From: Candidatus Latescibacterota bacterium | Lineage (GTDB): Bacteria > Latescibacterota > UBA2968 > UBA8231 | Reading direction: 5' to 3' | Assembly (NCBI GenBank): GCA_965248355.1 | Contig: OZ252098.1 | Location: 64,001-128,000 of the forward strand | DNA length: 64,000 bases | Part shown: positions 53,824 to 63,651 of the stretch, one piece after another | How the letters are laid out: each line of letters starts with the position of its first letter | How positions within the stretch are numbered: position 1 is the stretch's first letter | Program-made: the position numbers and the translations under genes | The notes under the pieces: generated by a model | The model's input: the letters and a program-made list of their open reading frames with translations, nothing else | Told to the model about the DNA's origin: nothing | Database searches by the model: none

Positions 53824-55167
53824 TCAGCGCCTCCTTCGGGCGGCGCGCTCCTCGGCGAGGGCCCGCAGGTTCCGCGAGGAGCTCGGGGCCTCGGGATCAG
53901 GCGTCGAGGGCGGGGGCTCGCTCCCGGCCTCCGACATGGGCGGGTCGGTCCAGGGTCCGCGCCTCGCTCCGCCTCGCTCCAGCCGGCCCAGGCTGCGGGC
54001 CAGGTCCCGCAGGGCCGCGGCGTTGTGGGCCGGGGCGAGCAGGTCCACGTGGGGCAGGGCGGCCTTCAGCCCCGCCGTCTCGGGGCGGAATCCGGGGCGG
54101 CCCATCAGGGGATTCAGCCACAGCACCGCGAAGGCGCGCCGGCGGATGCGGGACAGGGCCGAGGACAGCAGCTCGGCCTCGCCCGTGTCCCAGCCGTCGC
54201 TGAGGACGATGACGGCCGTCCGCCGGTCGACGAGGCTCTCGCCCCAGGCCTCGGCGAAGCGGGCGAGGCAGGCGCCGATGCGGGTGCCGCCCGACCACTC
54301 CGGCATGTCGCGGGCCAGCCCCTTCAGGACCTGGTCCCACTCGCCCTCCCGCAGGGCCGGCGTCAGGCGCCGCAGGCTGGTGCTGAAGCCGAAGACCTCC
54401 AGGCGGCGGTAGGCGGCGGCGAAGGCGTAGAGGAACTGCAGCAGGAAGCGGCTGTAGAGGTCCATGGAACGGCTCACGTCGCAGAGGACGACGAGCTTGA
54501 GCTTCTGCGGCCTCCGGGAGCGGAAGGCCAGGTCGACGAGCTCGCCGCCGCGGCGCAGGTTGGCGCGCAGGGTCCGTCTCAGGTCGAGGCGCCTCCGTCC
54601 GCCGAGCTGCCGGTAACGGCGGCTGAGACGGCGCGCCAGGGCCCGGGCCAGCTCCTCCACGACACGGCCCATCTCCTCCAGCTCGTCGGGCCGCAGTCCG
54701 GCGAAGTCCCGGTGGGTGATCACCTCGGCGGCGCTGTAGCCCGCGGTCTCCTCCTGCTCCTCCTCCGCTTCCCCCTCGCCGGCGCTCAGCCACTCCTTCA
54801 GGCTCAGCTGCACGGGTTGCGCGCGGTCCCGGTCCGGGCTTCGGTCCTCGGGGGCGGGGGCCGGCCGGTTCAGCTCCCCGGCGCGGTCCCAGACCCGCCA
54901 GTAGCGGTCGAAGCACTCGTCGAAGAGCTGCTGCTCCTTGACGCTCTTGGCCAGGCAGGTGCGCAGGGCGAGGCGGAACCGGCTCTCCCGGCTCACGTCG
55001 ACGTGGCCCAGGGCGGCGAGGGCGTCGGCGGCTTCGGCCGGACCCAGGCCGAGACCGCGATCCCGGAGGTGGCGGCAGAAGCCGACGACGTTGGCGCTCA
55101 GGGCGCCGTGCAGGGCGAGGTCGTCCGGTACGGAGCCCCGGGAGGGGCCGTCAGGCGCCGGCGGCAT
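53824..55167 (-). CDS. coxE: CoxE-like VWA domain protein
   Basis: DVSRSM MIDAS, WSGGTRIG, LSDGWDTG and WLNPL. Confidence 0.88.
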   Translation of the reverse strand: MPPAPDGPSRGSVPDDLALHGALSANVVGFCRHLRDRGLGLGPAEAADALAALGHVDVSRESRFRLALRTCLAKSVKEQQLFDECFDRYWRVWDRAGELNRPAPAPEDRSPDRDRAQPVQLSLKEWLSAGEGEAEEEQEETAGYSAAEVITHRDFAGLRPDELEEMGRVVEELARALARRLSRRYRQLGGRRRLDLRRTLRANLRRGGELVDLAFRSRRPQKLKLVVLCDVSRSMDLYSRFLLQFLYAFAAAYRRLEVFGFSTSLRRLTPALREGEWDQVLKGLARDMPEWSGGTRIGACLARFAEAWGESLVDRRTAVIVLSDGWDTGEAELLSSALSRIRRRAFAVLWLNPLMGRPGFRPETAGLKAALPHVDLLAPAHNAAALRDLARSLGRLERGGARRGPWTDPPMSEAGSEPPPSTPDPEAPSSSRNLRALAEERAARRRR

Positions 55168-56077
55168 CGGCGGCCCCGCCCCCCGGGGCCAGGGCCGGGC
55201 GCACCCCCACGCTGTCGAGGAACTCGGCCAGGGACTGCTTCACGTGGGTCACGTCGTGGTAGTCCTTGAAGACCAGCCCGAGGGTCTCCTCGATGGTGGC
55301 GGCGTCGAGGTGATGGCGGTGCAGGGCCACCAGGGCCCGGGCCCAGTCGAGGGTCTCGGCCACGCCGGGGGGCTTCTCCAGCTGCTGGCGGCGGGCGCCG
55401 GCCATGAAGCGGCAGATCTGTGCGGCCAGCTCGGCGTCGATGCCGTCGACGCGGGCCCGCACGATGGCCAGCTCCTTGTCGAAGTCGGGGTAGTCGATCC
55501 ACAGGTAGAAGCAGCGGCGCCGCAGGGCGTCGGAAAGCTCCCGCGTGCGGTTGCCGGTGACGACCACATGGGGCACGTGCGTGGCCTGTATGGTGCCCAG
55601 CTCCGGGATCGTGATCTGCCAGTCCGAGAGCACCTCGAGGAGGAAGCTCTCGAACTCCTCGTCGGCCCGGTCGAGCTCGTCGATGAGGAGCACCGGGGAC
55701 CGGTGATGGGTGATCGCCTGCAGCAGGGGGCGCTTGAGCAGGAAGGGCTCGGAGAAGATGTGGGCCTCCCTCTGCTCGAGGGAGCGCTCGCCGTGCTCCT
55801 CCATGCGGATCTGCAGCAGCTGGCGCTGGTAGTTCCACTCGTAGAGGGCGGTGCTCGTGTCGAGGCCCTCGTAGCACTGGAGGCGGATCAGATCGGTATC
55901 GAGGAGGTCGGCCAGGACCTTGGCGATCTCGGTCTTGCCCACCCCCGCGGGGCCCTCCACCAGCAGCGGCTTGCGCAGCACCCGCGCCAGGTGCAGGGAC
56001 AGGCAGATATCGGCTCCGGCGATGTATCCGCGGTCCGACAGCTGGCGCTGAAGACGTTCGGTCTCCGGGCTCGGCAT
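55151..56077 (-). CDS. coxD: CoxD-like MoxR AAA+ ATPase
   Basis: EGPAGVGKT, RLQCYEGLD, LLIDELDR, ELSDALRRRC and KPPGVAETLDW. Confidence 0.9.
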   Translation of the reverse strand: MPSPETERLQRQLSDRGYIAGADICLSLHLARVLRKPLLVEGPAGVGKTEIAKVLADLLDTDLIRLQCYEGLDTSTALYEWNYQRQLLQIRMEEHGERSLEQREAHIFSEPFLLKRPLLQAITHHRSPVLLIDELDRADEEFESFLLEVLSDWQITIPELGTIQATHVPHVVVTGNRTRELSDALRRRCFYLWIDYPDFDKELAIVRARVDGIDAELAAQICRFMAGARRQQLEKPPGVAETLDWARALVALHRHHLDAATIEETLGLVFKDYHDVTHVKQSLAEFLDSVGVRPALAPGGGAADAAGA

Positions 56078-56218
56078 GGGGGGGCAAGTTACCCCGCCGG
56101 CGGCCGTGGAGCAAGGCGTCCGGCCCCTTCCGACTGAACGTAACTGACTGATGGGATTGGACTTCCACCCGGCAGCCGATTGCGGACCGGAGCCCCCGCC
56201 CGTATGTTCTGCAACCTT

Positions 56219-57277
56219 GTGACGACCCCCGCTCCCACCGTCCCGACCGCCGTGCGCGAGCCCGCCGCCGACGCCTACGGCAGGCCCCTGCAGTCGCTGC
56301 GGATCTCGGTCATCGACCGCTGCGACCTGCGCTGCGCCTACTGCATGCCCGAAGAGGACTACACGTGGCTGCCGAAGGCGGATATCCTGACCTTCGACGA
56401 GATCCTCTCCCTGGTGGACGCCTTCGTCGCCAACGGCGTGCGGAGGGTCCGCCTGACCGGCGGCGAGCCGCTGCTGAGGGCGGGCCTTCCCGAGCTGGTC
56501 GCCGGGCTCGACGAGCGCGGGCTGGAGGACCTGGCGCTGACGACGAACGCCACCCAGCTGGCCCGGCACGCAAGGGCCCTGCGCGAGGCCGGGCTGCGCC
56601 GCGTCACGGTCAGCCTCGACTCCCTCAAGCCGGCCCGCTTCGAGACCCTGACCCGGAGGGCCGCCCTCGACGACGTGATCGCCGGCATCGAGGCCTCCGC
56701 CGACGCCGGCTTCGAATCGCTCAAGATCAACACCGTTGTCATGCGCGACTTCAACGACGACGAGATCGTCGACCTGGTCGCCTTCGGCCGGCGCCTCGGC
56801 GCCGAGGTCCGCTTCATCGAGTACATGGACGTGGGCGGGGCCACCCTCTGGCAGCCCCAGCGGGTCTACTCCCGCGGGGAGATCCTGGAGCGGCTGGAGG
56901 GCCACTACGGGCCGGCCACGGCCGAGCCGGGACGGGGCAGCGCCCCGGCGGAGCGCTTCCAGCTGCCCTCGGGAGAACGCTTCGGCATCATCTCGTCGAC
57001 GACGCGGCCCTTCTGCGGCAGTTGCGACCGCAGCCGTCTGACGGCGGACGGGCTCTGGTACCTGTGCCTCTACGCCCGCGACGGCATCGACCTGCGCGAG
57101 CCCGTGCGCCGCGGGGTCCCGGCGGAGGAGCTGTCCCGCCGGATCGCCGAAGGCTGGTCCCGGCGCCGTGACCGGGGCGCCGAGGAGCGCATGCGCTCGC
57201 CGGTGCGCGGCGCCCTCTACCAGATCGACGAGTTGCGCCAGGATCCTCACCGCGAGATGCACACCCGCGGCGGCTGA
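56219..57277 (+). CDS. moaA: GTP 3',8-cyclase (start uncertain: 56204 or 56219)
   Basis: LRISVIDRCDLRCAYCMP, RLTGGEP, FCGSCDRSRLTADG..YLCL and C-terminal GG. Confidence 0.95.
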   Translation: MTTPAPTVPTAVREPAADAYGRPLQSLRISVIDRCDLRCAYCMPEEDYTWLPKADILTFDEILSLVDAFVANGVRRVRLTGGEPLLRAGLPELVAGLDERGLEDLALTTNATQLARHARALREAGLRRVTVSLDSLKPARFETLTRRAALDDVIAGIEASADAGFESLKINTVVMRDFNDDEIVDLVAFGRRLGAEVRFIEYMDVGGATLWQPQRVYSRGEILERLEGHYGPATAEPGRGSAPAERFQLPSGERFGIISSTTRPFCGSCDRSRLTADGLWYLCLYARDGIDLREPVRRGVPAEELSRRIAEGWSRRRDRGAEERMRSPVRGALYQIDELRQDPHREMHTRGG

Positions 57278-57291
57278 GGGTCCTCGGAGTC

Positions 57292-59427
57292 GTGGACTAC
57301 TCCAGGGGAAAGAGGTTTCTCGACACGCTCCCGGACTGGGAGCGGGGACGGCCGCCGCAGGGGCCCCTCGAGCACTACCTGCCCCGGGTGCGCGCCATGC
57401 TGCGGCGCTGCGGGGATCCGCAGCAGCGCTTCGGCAGCGTCATCGTCGCCGGCACCAACGGCAAGGGCACGGTGGCCAGCCTGCTGGCGGCGCTGCTGCA
57501 GGCCTCCGGCCGCCGCACCGGGCTCTACACCTCTCCCCATCTCCACAGCCAGCGCGAGCGCATCCAGGTCGACGGCGGGATCCTCGACAAGGACTCCTGG
57601 GCTGACGGGATCGCCTTCGTCCACGACGTCACCCGGGGGTTCGAGGGCGAGGGACTGGGACCGTTCTCGCGCTTCGAGGCGCTCACCGTGCTCGCCGCCC
57701 ACCTCTTCGCCTCCGAGGGGGTGGAGGTGGCCGTCTTCGAGGTCGGCCTCGGCGGCCGTCACGACGCCACCAACGCCTGGGACCACGACGCCGCCATCCT
57801 GACCCCGGTCGCCCTCGACCACTGCGCCGTCCTCGGCCGCGACCTGCTCTCCATCGCCGGCGAGAAGCTGCCCGTGGCGCGGCCGGGGCGGCCTCTGTTC
57901 ACCACGGCCTCGCAGGACCCGGGGGTCCTCGATCTCGTCCGCCGCCGGGCGCGGGAGAAGGGGATTCCCCTGATCCTCTGCGGCCCCGAGGGTCTGCGCT
58001 TCCAGGGGCAGGGCGAGACCGTCCCCTACCTGGCGGCTCCCGAGCCCGCGGCGGCGCGCCCTTCGACCTGGGTGGAGAACGCCCGTCTCGCCGTGGCCGC
58101 GGCCTCCCGGATCTGCCCCGACCTGGATGCCGGGCGCGCCCGGAAGGTCCTGGACTCCCACGAGTGGCCGGGCCGCTTCGAGCAGGCCCGGGAGGATCCC
58201 CAGGTGCTGCTCGACGGCGCCCACAACCCCGCCGCCGCCGAAGCCCTGGCCGCCGACCTCGGCCGCGCCGGCTCGGACTGGATCTTCGTCGTCGGCGTCA
58301 ACGAGGACCACCAGGCGGAGCGCATCCTGAGCGCCCTGAGGCCGGCGGCCGGCCGCTTCCTTCTGACCGAGTCCGGACACGCCAAGGCGATGTCCGCCGG
58401 GGACCTGGCCGCGTGCTCGACCGGAGCGGCCGCGGGGGTGGCTACCGAGGTCGAATCCTGCTGCCGCAAGGCCTTCGAGAGGGCCCTGGCCGTGGCCGGC
58501 GAGGGCGGCCGCGTGTGCGTCACCGGATCCCTGCACCTGGCGGCCCGGGCCCGGGAGCACTTCGGCCTGCCCTTCCAGGCGGAGGGCATCGGCGAGGAGG
58601 TGGCCCGGGAGAGCCTCGAGTGCCTCGCCCTCGCCTGCGAGCGCCTGGGCCTGCGCCCGCGGCGGGTCTCGGAGGACGGCAACGTCATGCGCCTCCGCGG
58701 CGGCCGCCGGCCGCTCCTGTTCCTCCGCAACAAGCACCCTTTCAACGACTACGCGGCGGCGCGCCTGGCCGAGGACAAGGGCTACCAGCACGAGCTGCTC
58801 GCCGCCGCCGGCCTGCCGGTGCCCCGCACCATGCAGCTCTTCAACCCCTTCGCCGACGACCGCTTCAACCGCTACAAGAGGCACCGGACGGTGGAGGAGA
58901 TGGCCGCCGCAGTGGACGCGGAGATGGCCTGGCCGGTGCTCGTCAAGAAGGCCCGGGGCTCGATCTCGCAGGGGGTCTACCTGGAGACGGGCGCCGAGGG
59001 GGTGGCGCGGCGGCTGCAGTCGCTGTTCGAGAACGCGGGTCTGCTCGACAACCTGGTCCTCGTGCAGTCCTACGTCAGCGGCGAGGAGTTCCGGGCCGTG
59101 GCCACCCAGGGGGAGTTGCTGCTGGCCTACGCCAAGGCCGGCGGCGAGCCGGGCCTCGAGGACCTCAACCCGCTGCACCACCACAGCGGCCGCGCCGAAC
59201 GGGTCACGGACGAGGAGGTGCTGGCGCCGCTGCGCGCCCTGGCCGGGGAGGTGGCCGGTGTCGTCGACCTCGGCTTCTACGCCATCGACCTGATCCGCGA
59301 CGCCCGCGGCGCCTGGTGGGTCCTGGAGCTCAATCCGAATCCCTTCTGCTACTTCTACAACCGCTCCAACGGCCGCGGCGACTTCGTGGGGATCTACGAG
59401 CGGCTGCTGCGCAAGTACGTCCTGTGA
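57292..59427 (+). CDS. Fusion of a FolC-like folylpolyglutamate synthase and a C-terminal ATP-grasp domain
   Basis: N-terminal VAGTNGKG, YTSPHL...ERI, EVGLGGRHDATN, WPGRFE, DGAHN and TGSL. C-terminal EDK, PVLVKKARGS..GV, LVQSYV, EFR, AIDLI and VLELNPNP. Single 711-aa frame. Confidence 0.85.
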   Translation: MDYSRGKRFLDTLPDWERGRPPQGPLEHYLPRVRAMLRRCGDPQQRFGSVIVAGTNGKGTVASLLAALLQASGRRTGLYTSPHLHSQRERIQVDGGILDKDSWADGIAFVHDVTRGFEGEGLGPFSRFEALTVLAAHLFASEGVEVAVFEVGLGGRHDATNAWDHDAAILTPVALDHCAVLGRDLLSIAGEKLPVARPGRPLFTTASQDPGVLDLVRRRAREKGIPLILCGPEGLRFQGQGETVPYLAAPEPAAARPSTWVENARLAVAAASRICPDLDAGRARKVLDSHEWPGRFEQAREDPQVLLDGAHNPAAAEALAADLGRAGSDWIFVVGVNEDHQAERILSALRPAAGRFLLTESGHAKAMSAGDLAACSTGAAAGVATEVESCCRKAFERALAVAGEGGRVCVTGSLHLAARAREHFGLPFQAEGIGEEVARESLECLALACERLGLRPRRVSEDGNVMRLRGGRRPLLFLRNKHPFNDYAAARLAEDKGYQHELLAAAGLPVPRTMQLFNPFADDRFNRYKRHRTVEEMAAAVDAEMAWPVLVKKARGSISQGVYLETGAEGVARRLQSLFENAGLLDNLVLVQSYVSGEEFRAVATQGELLLAYAKAGGEPGLEDLNPLHHHSGRAERVTDEEVLAPLRALAGEVAGVVDLGFYAIDLIRDARGAWWVLELNPNPFCYFYNRSNGRGDFVGIYERLLRKYVL

Positions 59428-60590
59428 GCCGCTGCCACGACCTGCGCACGCGCCTGATCCACGGGGGCCTCCACCGGGTCGCCGGAGCCGTGGTGCAGCC
59501 CGTCTTCCAGACCGCCACCTACGAGGCGGAGGAGACCGCCTCCTACGACGACATCCGCTATCTGCGGCTGAGCAACTCCCCCAACCACCGGGACCTGGCG
59601 GCGCGGCTGGCGGCGATCACCGGCGGCGAGGCGGCGGTGGTGGCCGGCTCCGGGATGGCGGCGATCACCACGACCCTGCTGACCCTGCTGGAGTCGGCCC
59701 CGGGACGGGAGCGGCCCCACCTGCTCGCCCAGGACTGTCTCTACGGCGGCACCCTCAGCTTTCTCGCCGAGGACGCCCCGACCCTGGGGATCGACGTCGA
59801 CTTCGTGAACGGCGACGACGACCACCAGGAGTGGGCGTCCCGCTCCCGGCCCGGCACCCGGGCCTTCCTGGTGGAGAGCCTGACGAACCCCCTCCTCGAG
59901 GTGGCCGACCTGGAGGCGGTCACCGCCTTCTGCCGGGAGCGGGGGATCGTCTCCGTCATCGACAACACCTTTGCCTCGCCCGTCAACTACCGCCCCCTGG
60001 AGGCCGGTTTCGACGTGGAGCTGCACAGCGCCACCAAGTACCTCAACGGCCACTCCGACATCGTCGCCGGCGCCGTCATCTCCACGGCGGAGAGGATCCG
60101 CCGGGTGACGCACAAGATGAACCACCTCGGCGGGGTGCTGGATCCGCACGCCTGCTTCCTCCTGCAGCGCGGGCTCAAGACCCTGGCCCTGCGCGTGGAG
60201 CAGCAGAACCACAACGCCCTCTTCCTGGCGCAGCGGCTGGCGGAGCACTCCTCGGTGGCCGCCGTCCACTACCCGGGGCTGGCCGGCCATCCCGGGCACG
60301 AGCGCGCCGGGCGGTGGTTCGCCGGGTGCGGCGGCGTGCTCAGCTTCGACCTCGGCGGCCCCGAGGCCGCGCGGCGGCTGATCGACCGTCTGGAGCTGGC
60401 CGTGGATGCGCCCAGCCTGGGCGGGGTGGAGACCCTGGTGAGCCGGCCCGCCGTGAGCTCCCACGCCGGCCAGAGCCCCGAGCGGCGCCGCGCCCTGGGG
60501 ATCGGCGACGGCCTGGTGCGCGTCGCCGTGGGCATCGAGGCGGCCGAAGATCTCTGGGCGGATTTCGAGGCGGCCCTGGCGGGGGGCTGA
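59424..60590 (+). CDS. PLP-dependent transsulfuration enzyme (cystathionine gamma-synthase/methionine gamma-lyase family)
   Basis: YLRLSNSP, SGMAAI, LYGGT, ESLTNP, IDNTF, HSATKYLNGHSD and SLGGVETL. Confidence 0.92.
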   Translation: MSRCHDLRTRLIHGGLHRVAGAVVQPVFQTATYEAEETASYDDIRYLRLSNSPNHRDLAARLAAITGGEAAVVAGSGMAAITTTLLTLLESAPGRERPHLLAQDCLYGGTLSFLAEDAPTLGIDVDFVNGDDDHQEWASRSRPGTRAFLVESLTNPLLEVADLEAVTAFCRERGIVSVIDNTFASPVNYRPLEAGFDVELHSATKYLNGHSDIVAGAVISTAERIRRVTHKMNHLGGVLDPHACFLLQRGLKTLALRVEQQNHNALFLAQRLAEHSSVAAVHYPGLAGHPGHERAGRWFAGCGGVLSFDLGGPEAARRLIDRLELAVDAPSLGGVETLVSRPAVSSHAGQSPERRRALGIGDGLVRVAVGIEAAEDLWADFEAALAGG

Positions 60591-60611
60591 GGTCCCGCAC
60601 CCGCCGCAGGC

Positions 60612-61250
60612 TCAGAGGATCCCGTACTCGTCGAAGACCTCGCGCGGCGAGCGCCCGGAGGCGAGCTCGTCCCGCACCCTGTTCTCCCCCTCCAGCTTCT
60701 CCAGGCACCTGGCGCGCACCTGCTCGCGGATGGCCGAGGGGATGACGACCACGCCCTCGTAGTCGGCGAGGATGAAGTCCCCGGGCTCGACCCGGACGCC
60801 GCCGCAGGTGACAGGCACCTGCACCCCGGTGGCGAGGACGCGCCCCGCCGAGTCCAGCGGCGAGCAGCCCCGGCAGAAGCAGTGGAAGCCCATGTCGTTC
60901 ATCGGCCGGATGTCGCGCACCAGGCCGTCGGTGACCACGGCGTTGACGCCGCGGGAGGCGGCGGCGGTGGACAGCAGCTCCCCCCACAGGCCGGAGCGCA
61001 CCTCGCCGTTGGTGGCCACCACGATGACGTCCCCGGCGCGCACCCTGTCGAAGGCTTCGAAGATCCGGCCGTACGGGTCCTCGTGAGGCTCGTCGTGGCG
61101 GTGGGCGTCGATGGTGACCGCCGGTCCGGCGAAGCAGCTGGCCGGGTGCGAGGGACGCACGCCGTGCTCCAGGGCCTGCTCGCGGTACCCGAGGGCGTCC
61201 ATGACGTCGGCGGCCAGGGCCGTGTAGATCGGTCTCCAGAGGTCGTACAA
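60612..61250 (-). CDS. RraA/HMG aldolase family protein
   Basis: FAGPAVT, WGELLS, DGLVRD, PGDFILAD and GVVVIP; TTG start. Confidence 0.88.
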   Translation of the reverse strand: MYDLWRPIYTALAADVMDALGYREQALEHGVRPSHPASCFAGPAVTIDAHRHDEPHEDPYGRIFEAFDRVRAGDVIVVATNGEVRSGLWGELLSTAAASRGVNAVVTDGLVRDIRPMNDMGFHCFCRGCSPLDSAGRVLATGVQVPVTCGGVRVEPGDFILADYEGVVVIPSAIREQVRARCLEKLEGENRVRDELASGRSPREVFDEYGIL

Positions 61251-61281
61251 GGGCGGTCTCCTTCGATGGGGAATCGCGGGC

Positions 61282-62421
61282 CTACCTCCGGCGGGAGGCG
61301 CTCGGAAGAAAGAGGGCGGCCACGGCGGTCACCAGGGGCAGCAGGGCGAGCCAGCCGAGGGTCTGGTCGAGTCCGATGCGGTCGGCGATGTAGCCGGCCG
61401 GTCCCAGGGAGAGACTGGCGACGCCCCAGCTGAAGCCGAGGGGGAGGCTGGAGGCCAGCCCCGAGCGTCCTGGAGCCAGCTCCTGGGCGAGGGCGACGAG
61501 GATCGAGTTGGAGGAGAGGAGGAAGCCGCCGCCCACGCCGAGCAGCAGGTAGGCGGCCGGGCCCTCGGCCTGCAGGAACCAGTAGAGGGCCGGGCTGGCC
61601 GCCAGCAGGGAGCCGCAGACCAGGGGGCGCTTGCTGACGCGGTCGGAGAGATAGCCGAAGAGCAGGGCGCCGAGGACGCCGGAGATGTTGTAGATCGCCA
61701 GCCAGCGGTCGCCCTCCTCCGGCGACAGGCCCCGTTCCCGGGCCAGGACGGCCAGGAAGATGCCGAAGCAGAGGCCGGTGACCGAGCGCAGGATGACGAC
61801 GACGGTGATCAGCATCAGGCCCCTGCGGACGCCGTCGGCGGCGGGGGACCGGGAACCGCCGTCGCGGGAGGCGGCCTGGGGGTTGTCGAGGGGCAGGCAG
61901 CGCCAGACCAGGATCAGCATGACCAGGCCGGGGAGGCTGACCACGGGCAGCCACTCCAGCCCCATGGCCTGGGCGAAGGGCCGCACCCACAGGGGCGTCA
62001 CCCCGAGGCCGAGGGTGCCGCCGAAGATGAACAGGGCCAGCCCGAAGCCGCGGCGGGGTCCGGACAGCTCGCCGGCCAGGGAGAAGGCCTGCGGGTGGAA
62101 GGCGGCGACCCCGAGGCCGCCGAGCCAGAGGATGCCCACCAGGACCCAGTAGCTCGGCGCGATGCCCATGAGCGGGGTGAAGACCGCGGTCATGGCGAGA
62201 CCGCCCAGGACCAGCCTGCGCCGCCGCATGCGGTCGCCCCACAGGCCCAGCAGGGGCTGGGTGATGCTGCACAGGGTGATCAGGGTGCCGAGGAACCCGG
62301 CGCCGGCGATGCCGAGGCCGAGACGCGTCATCACCAGGGGCAGCAGGGGCGCGAGCATGGTGGCGTACGAGTCCACGCAGAAGTGGGCCACCGAGGCCAG
62401 CAGCAGTTGGCGCCGTTGCAT
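61282..62421 (-). CDS. MFS transporter (Fsr-like)
   Basis: HFCVDSY, QPLLGLWGDR, GVAAFHP and GYIADRIG. Confidence 0.9.
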   Translation of the reverse strand: MQRRQLLLASVAHFCVDSYATMLAPLLPLVMTRLGLGIAGAGFLGTLITLCSITQPLLGLWGDRMRRRRLVLGGLAMTAVFTPLMGIAPSYWVLVGILWLGGLGVAAFHPQAFSLAGELSGPRRGFGLALFIFGGTLGLGVTPLWVRPFAQAMGLEWLPVVSLPGLVMLILVWRCLPLDNPQAASRDGGSRSPAADGVRRGLMLITVVVILRSVTGLCFGIFLAVLARERGLSPEEGDRWLAIYNISGVLGALLFGYLSDRVSKRPLVCGSLLAASPALYWFLQAEGPAAYLLLGVGGGFLLSSNSILVALAQELAPGRSGLASSLPLGFSWGVASLSLGPAGYIADRIGLDQTLGWLALLPLVTAVAALFLPSASRRR

Positions 62422-62427
62422 GCGGCT

Positions 62428-63651
62428 CTACCCCGGCGCCCGGCGCGCGTCGAGGCGCACGCAGAGCCGCCAGATGCACAGGGCCCCCGCCGTCGAGGAC
62501 ACGGCTCCGGAGGCAAAGGGGAGGTACGGGGCGACTTCCACGAGCCAGCCGCCGGCGAGACTGCCGGTGACCATGGCGCCGCTCCAGACCATGTGACCCA
62601 GACCGACGAGGAGGTTCCTTTCCTCGGCGGTGGCCACCTCGTCGATCAGGCCGGGCACGAGGACGGAGACCGCCCAGGCCGTGGTCGACAGGGCCGTGCC
62701 GAAGACGAACAGGCCCGTCACCGACCCGGTGCTCAAGGCCAGACCCACGGCGCTGGCGACGATGCCGCCCGCGGACAGGATCAGGGGCCGCGTGCGGCCG
62801 AAGCGATCGCGCAGCAGGCCGGTGAGCAACTGGCCGGAGGCCGCCACGGCGAGGCTGACGGACCCGAAGAAGGCGGCGGTCGCCGCCGAGCCGCTGGCGC
62901 GGTACACGAGCAGGGGCAGGGCCAGGCTGGCCATGCCCCAGAAGCCGGTGATCGTCAGGCGCAGCCCCACCAGCAGGTGCACGTTGCGCTGCCTCAGCAG
63001 GGGCCGGTACGAGGACCACAGGGCCAGCCGGGGCGCCTGCCGCCGGGCTTCTCGAACGGGGGTGGACGGCAGCAGCAGGATCCCGGCCACGACGAGAGCC
63101 GCGGAGAGCAGGGCCATGGCCGTGCCGATCTGCTCGAAGCTCCAGTCCTGCTTCACCAGCCCCGTGGAGAGGTTCCCGGCGGACTGCCCCAGGGTGCTGC
63201 TGAGGAAGTAGAGGGCCCCGCCCAGGCCCAGACGGGCCGCACCGGCGGAGGCGATCAGGTAGCTCTGCCCCGAGGTGCTCAGGGGGCCGGAGGCGGCCCC
63301 GGCGACGAGGGTGAGCAGGGTCAGGAGGAGGACGTCGCCGGTGTGGAAGACGAGCCCCGTCAGGGCGCTGCCGGCCAGGCCGAGGAGGAGGGTGACCTTG
63401 AGCCCCAGCAGGTCGCAGAGACGGCCGGCGACGATGGCACAGATCCCGCCCAGGGCGAGGGCGACGGCCCGCAGGTATCCCGTGAACACGGCCAGGCGCC
63501 CGAGGTCGGCGTCGACGTAGACCGGCAGCAGGGAGTGGTACGGGGCGGTGGCGAAGCCGCCGAGGAAGGAGAGGGCGCAGAGAACGACGAAGGCCCGGCT
63601 CCACAGTCCCACGGGAGCCGGGCCCGTCAAGCCCGATGAGTCGGCGCTCAC
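62428..63651 (-). CDS. MFS transporter
   Basis: GRLCDLLGLK and GLLRDRFGRT motif-A repeats; ~12 TM segments; GTGA overlap. Confidence 0.85.
   Translation of the reverse strand: MSADSSGLTGPAPVGLWSRAFVVLCALSFLGGFATAPYHSLLPVYVDADLGRLAVFTGYLRAVALALGGICAIVAGRLCDLLGLKVTLLLGLAGSALTGLVFHTGDVLLLTLLTLVAGAASGPLSTSGQSYLIASAGAARLGLGGALYFLSSTLGQSAGNLSTGLVKQDWSFEQIGTAMALLSAALVVAGILLLPSTPVREARRQAPRLALWSSYRPLLRQRNVHLLVGLRLTITGFWGMASLALPLLVYRASGSAATAAFFGSVSLAVAASGQLLTGLLRDRFGRTRPLILSAGGIVASAVGLALSTGSVTGLFVFGTALSTTAWAVSVLVPGLIDEVATAEERNLLVGLGHMVWSGAMVTGSLAGGWLVEVAPYLPFASGAVSSTAGALCIWRLCVRLDARRAPG

Noticed and set aside
57292-59427. Cyanophycin synthetase annotation
   Set aside because: The domain order is reversed, the ligase half has FolC-specific motifs (TSPHL, GLGGRHDATN, DGAHN), and no cyanophycinase is nearby.
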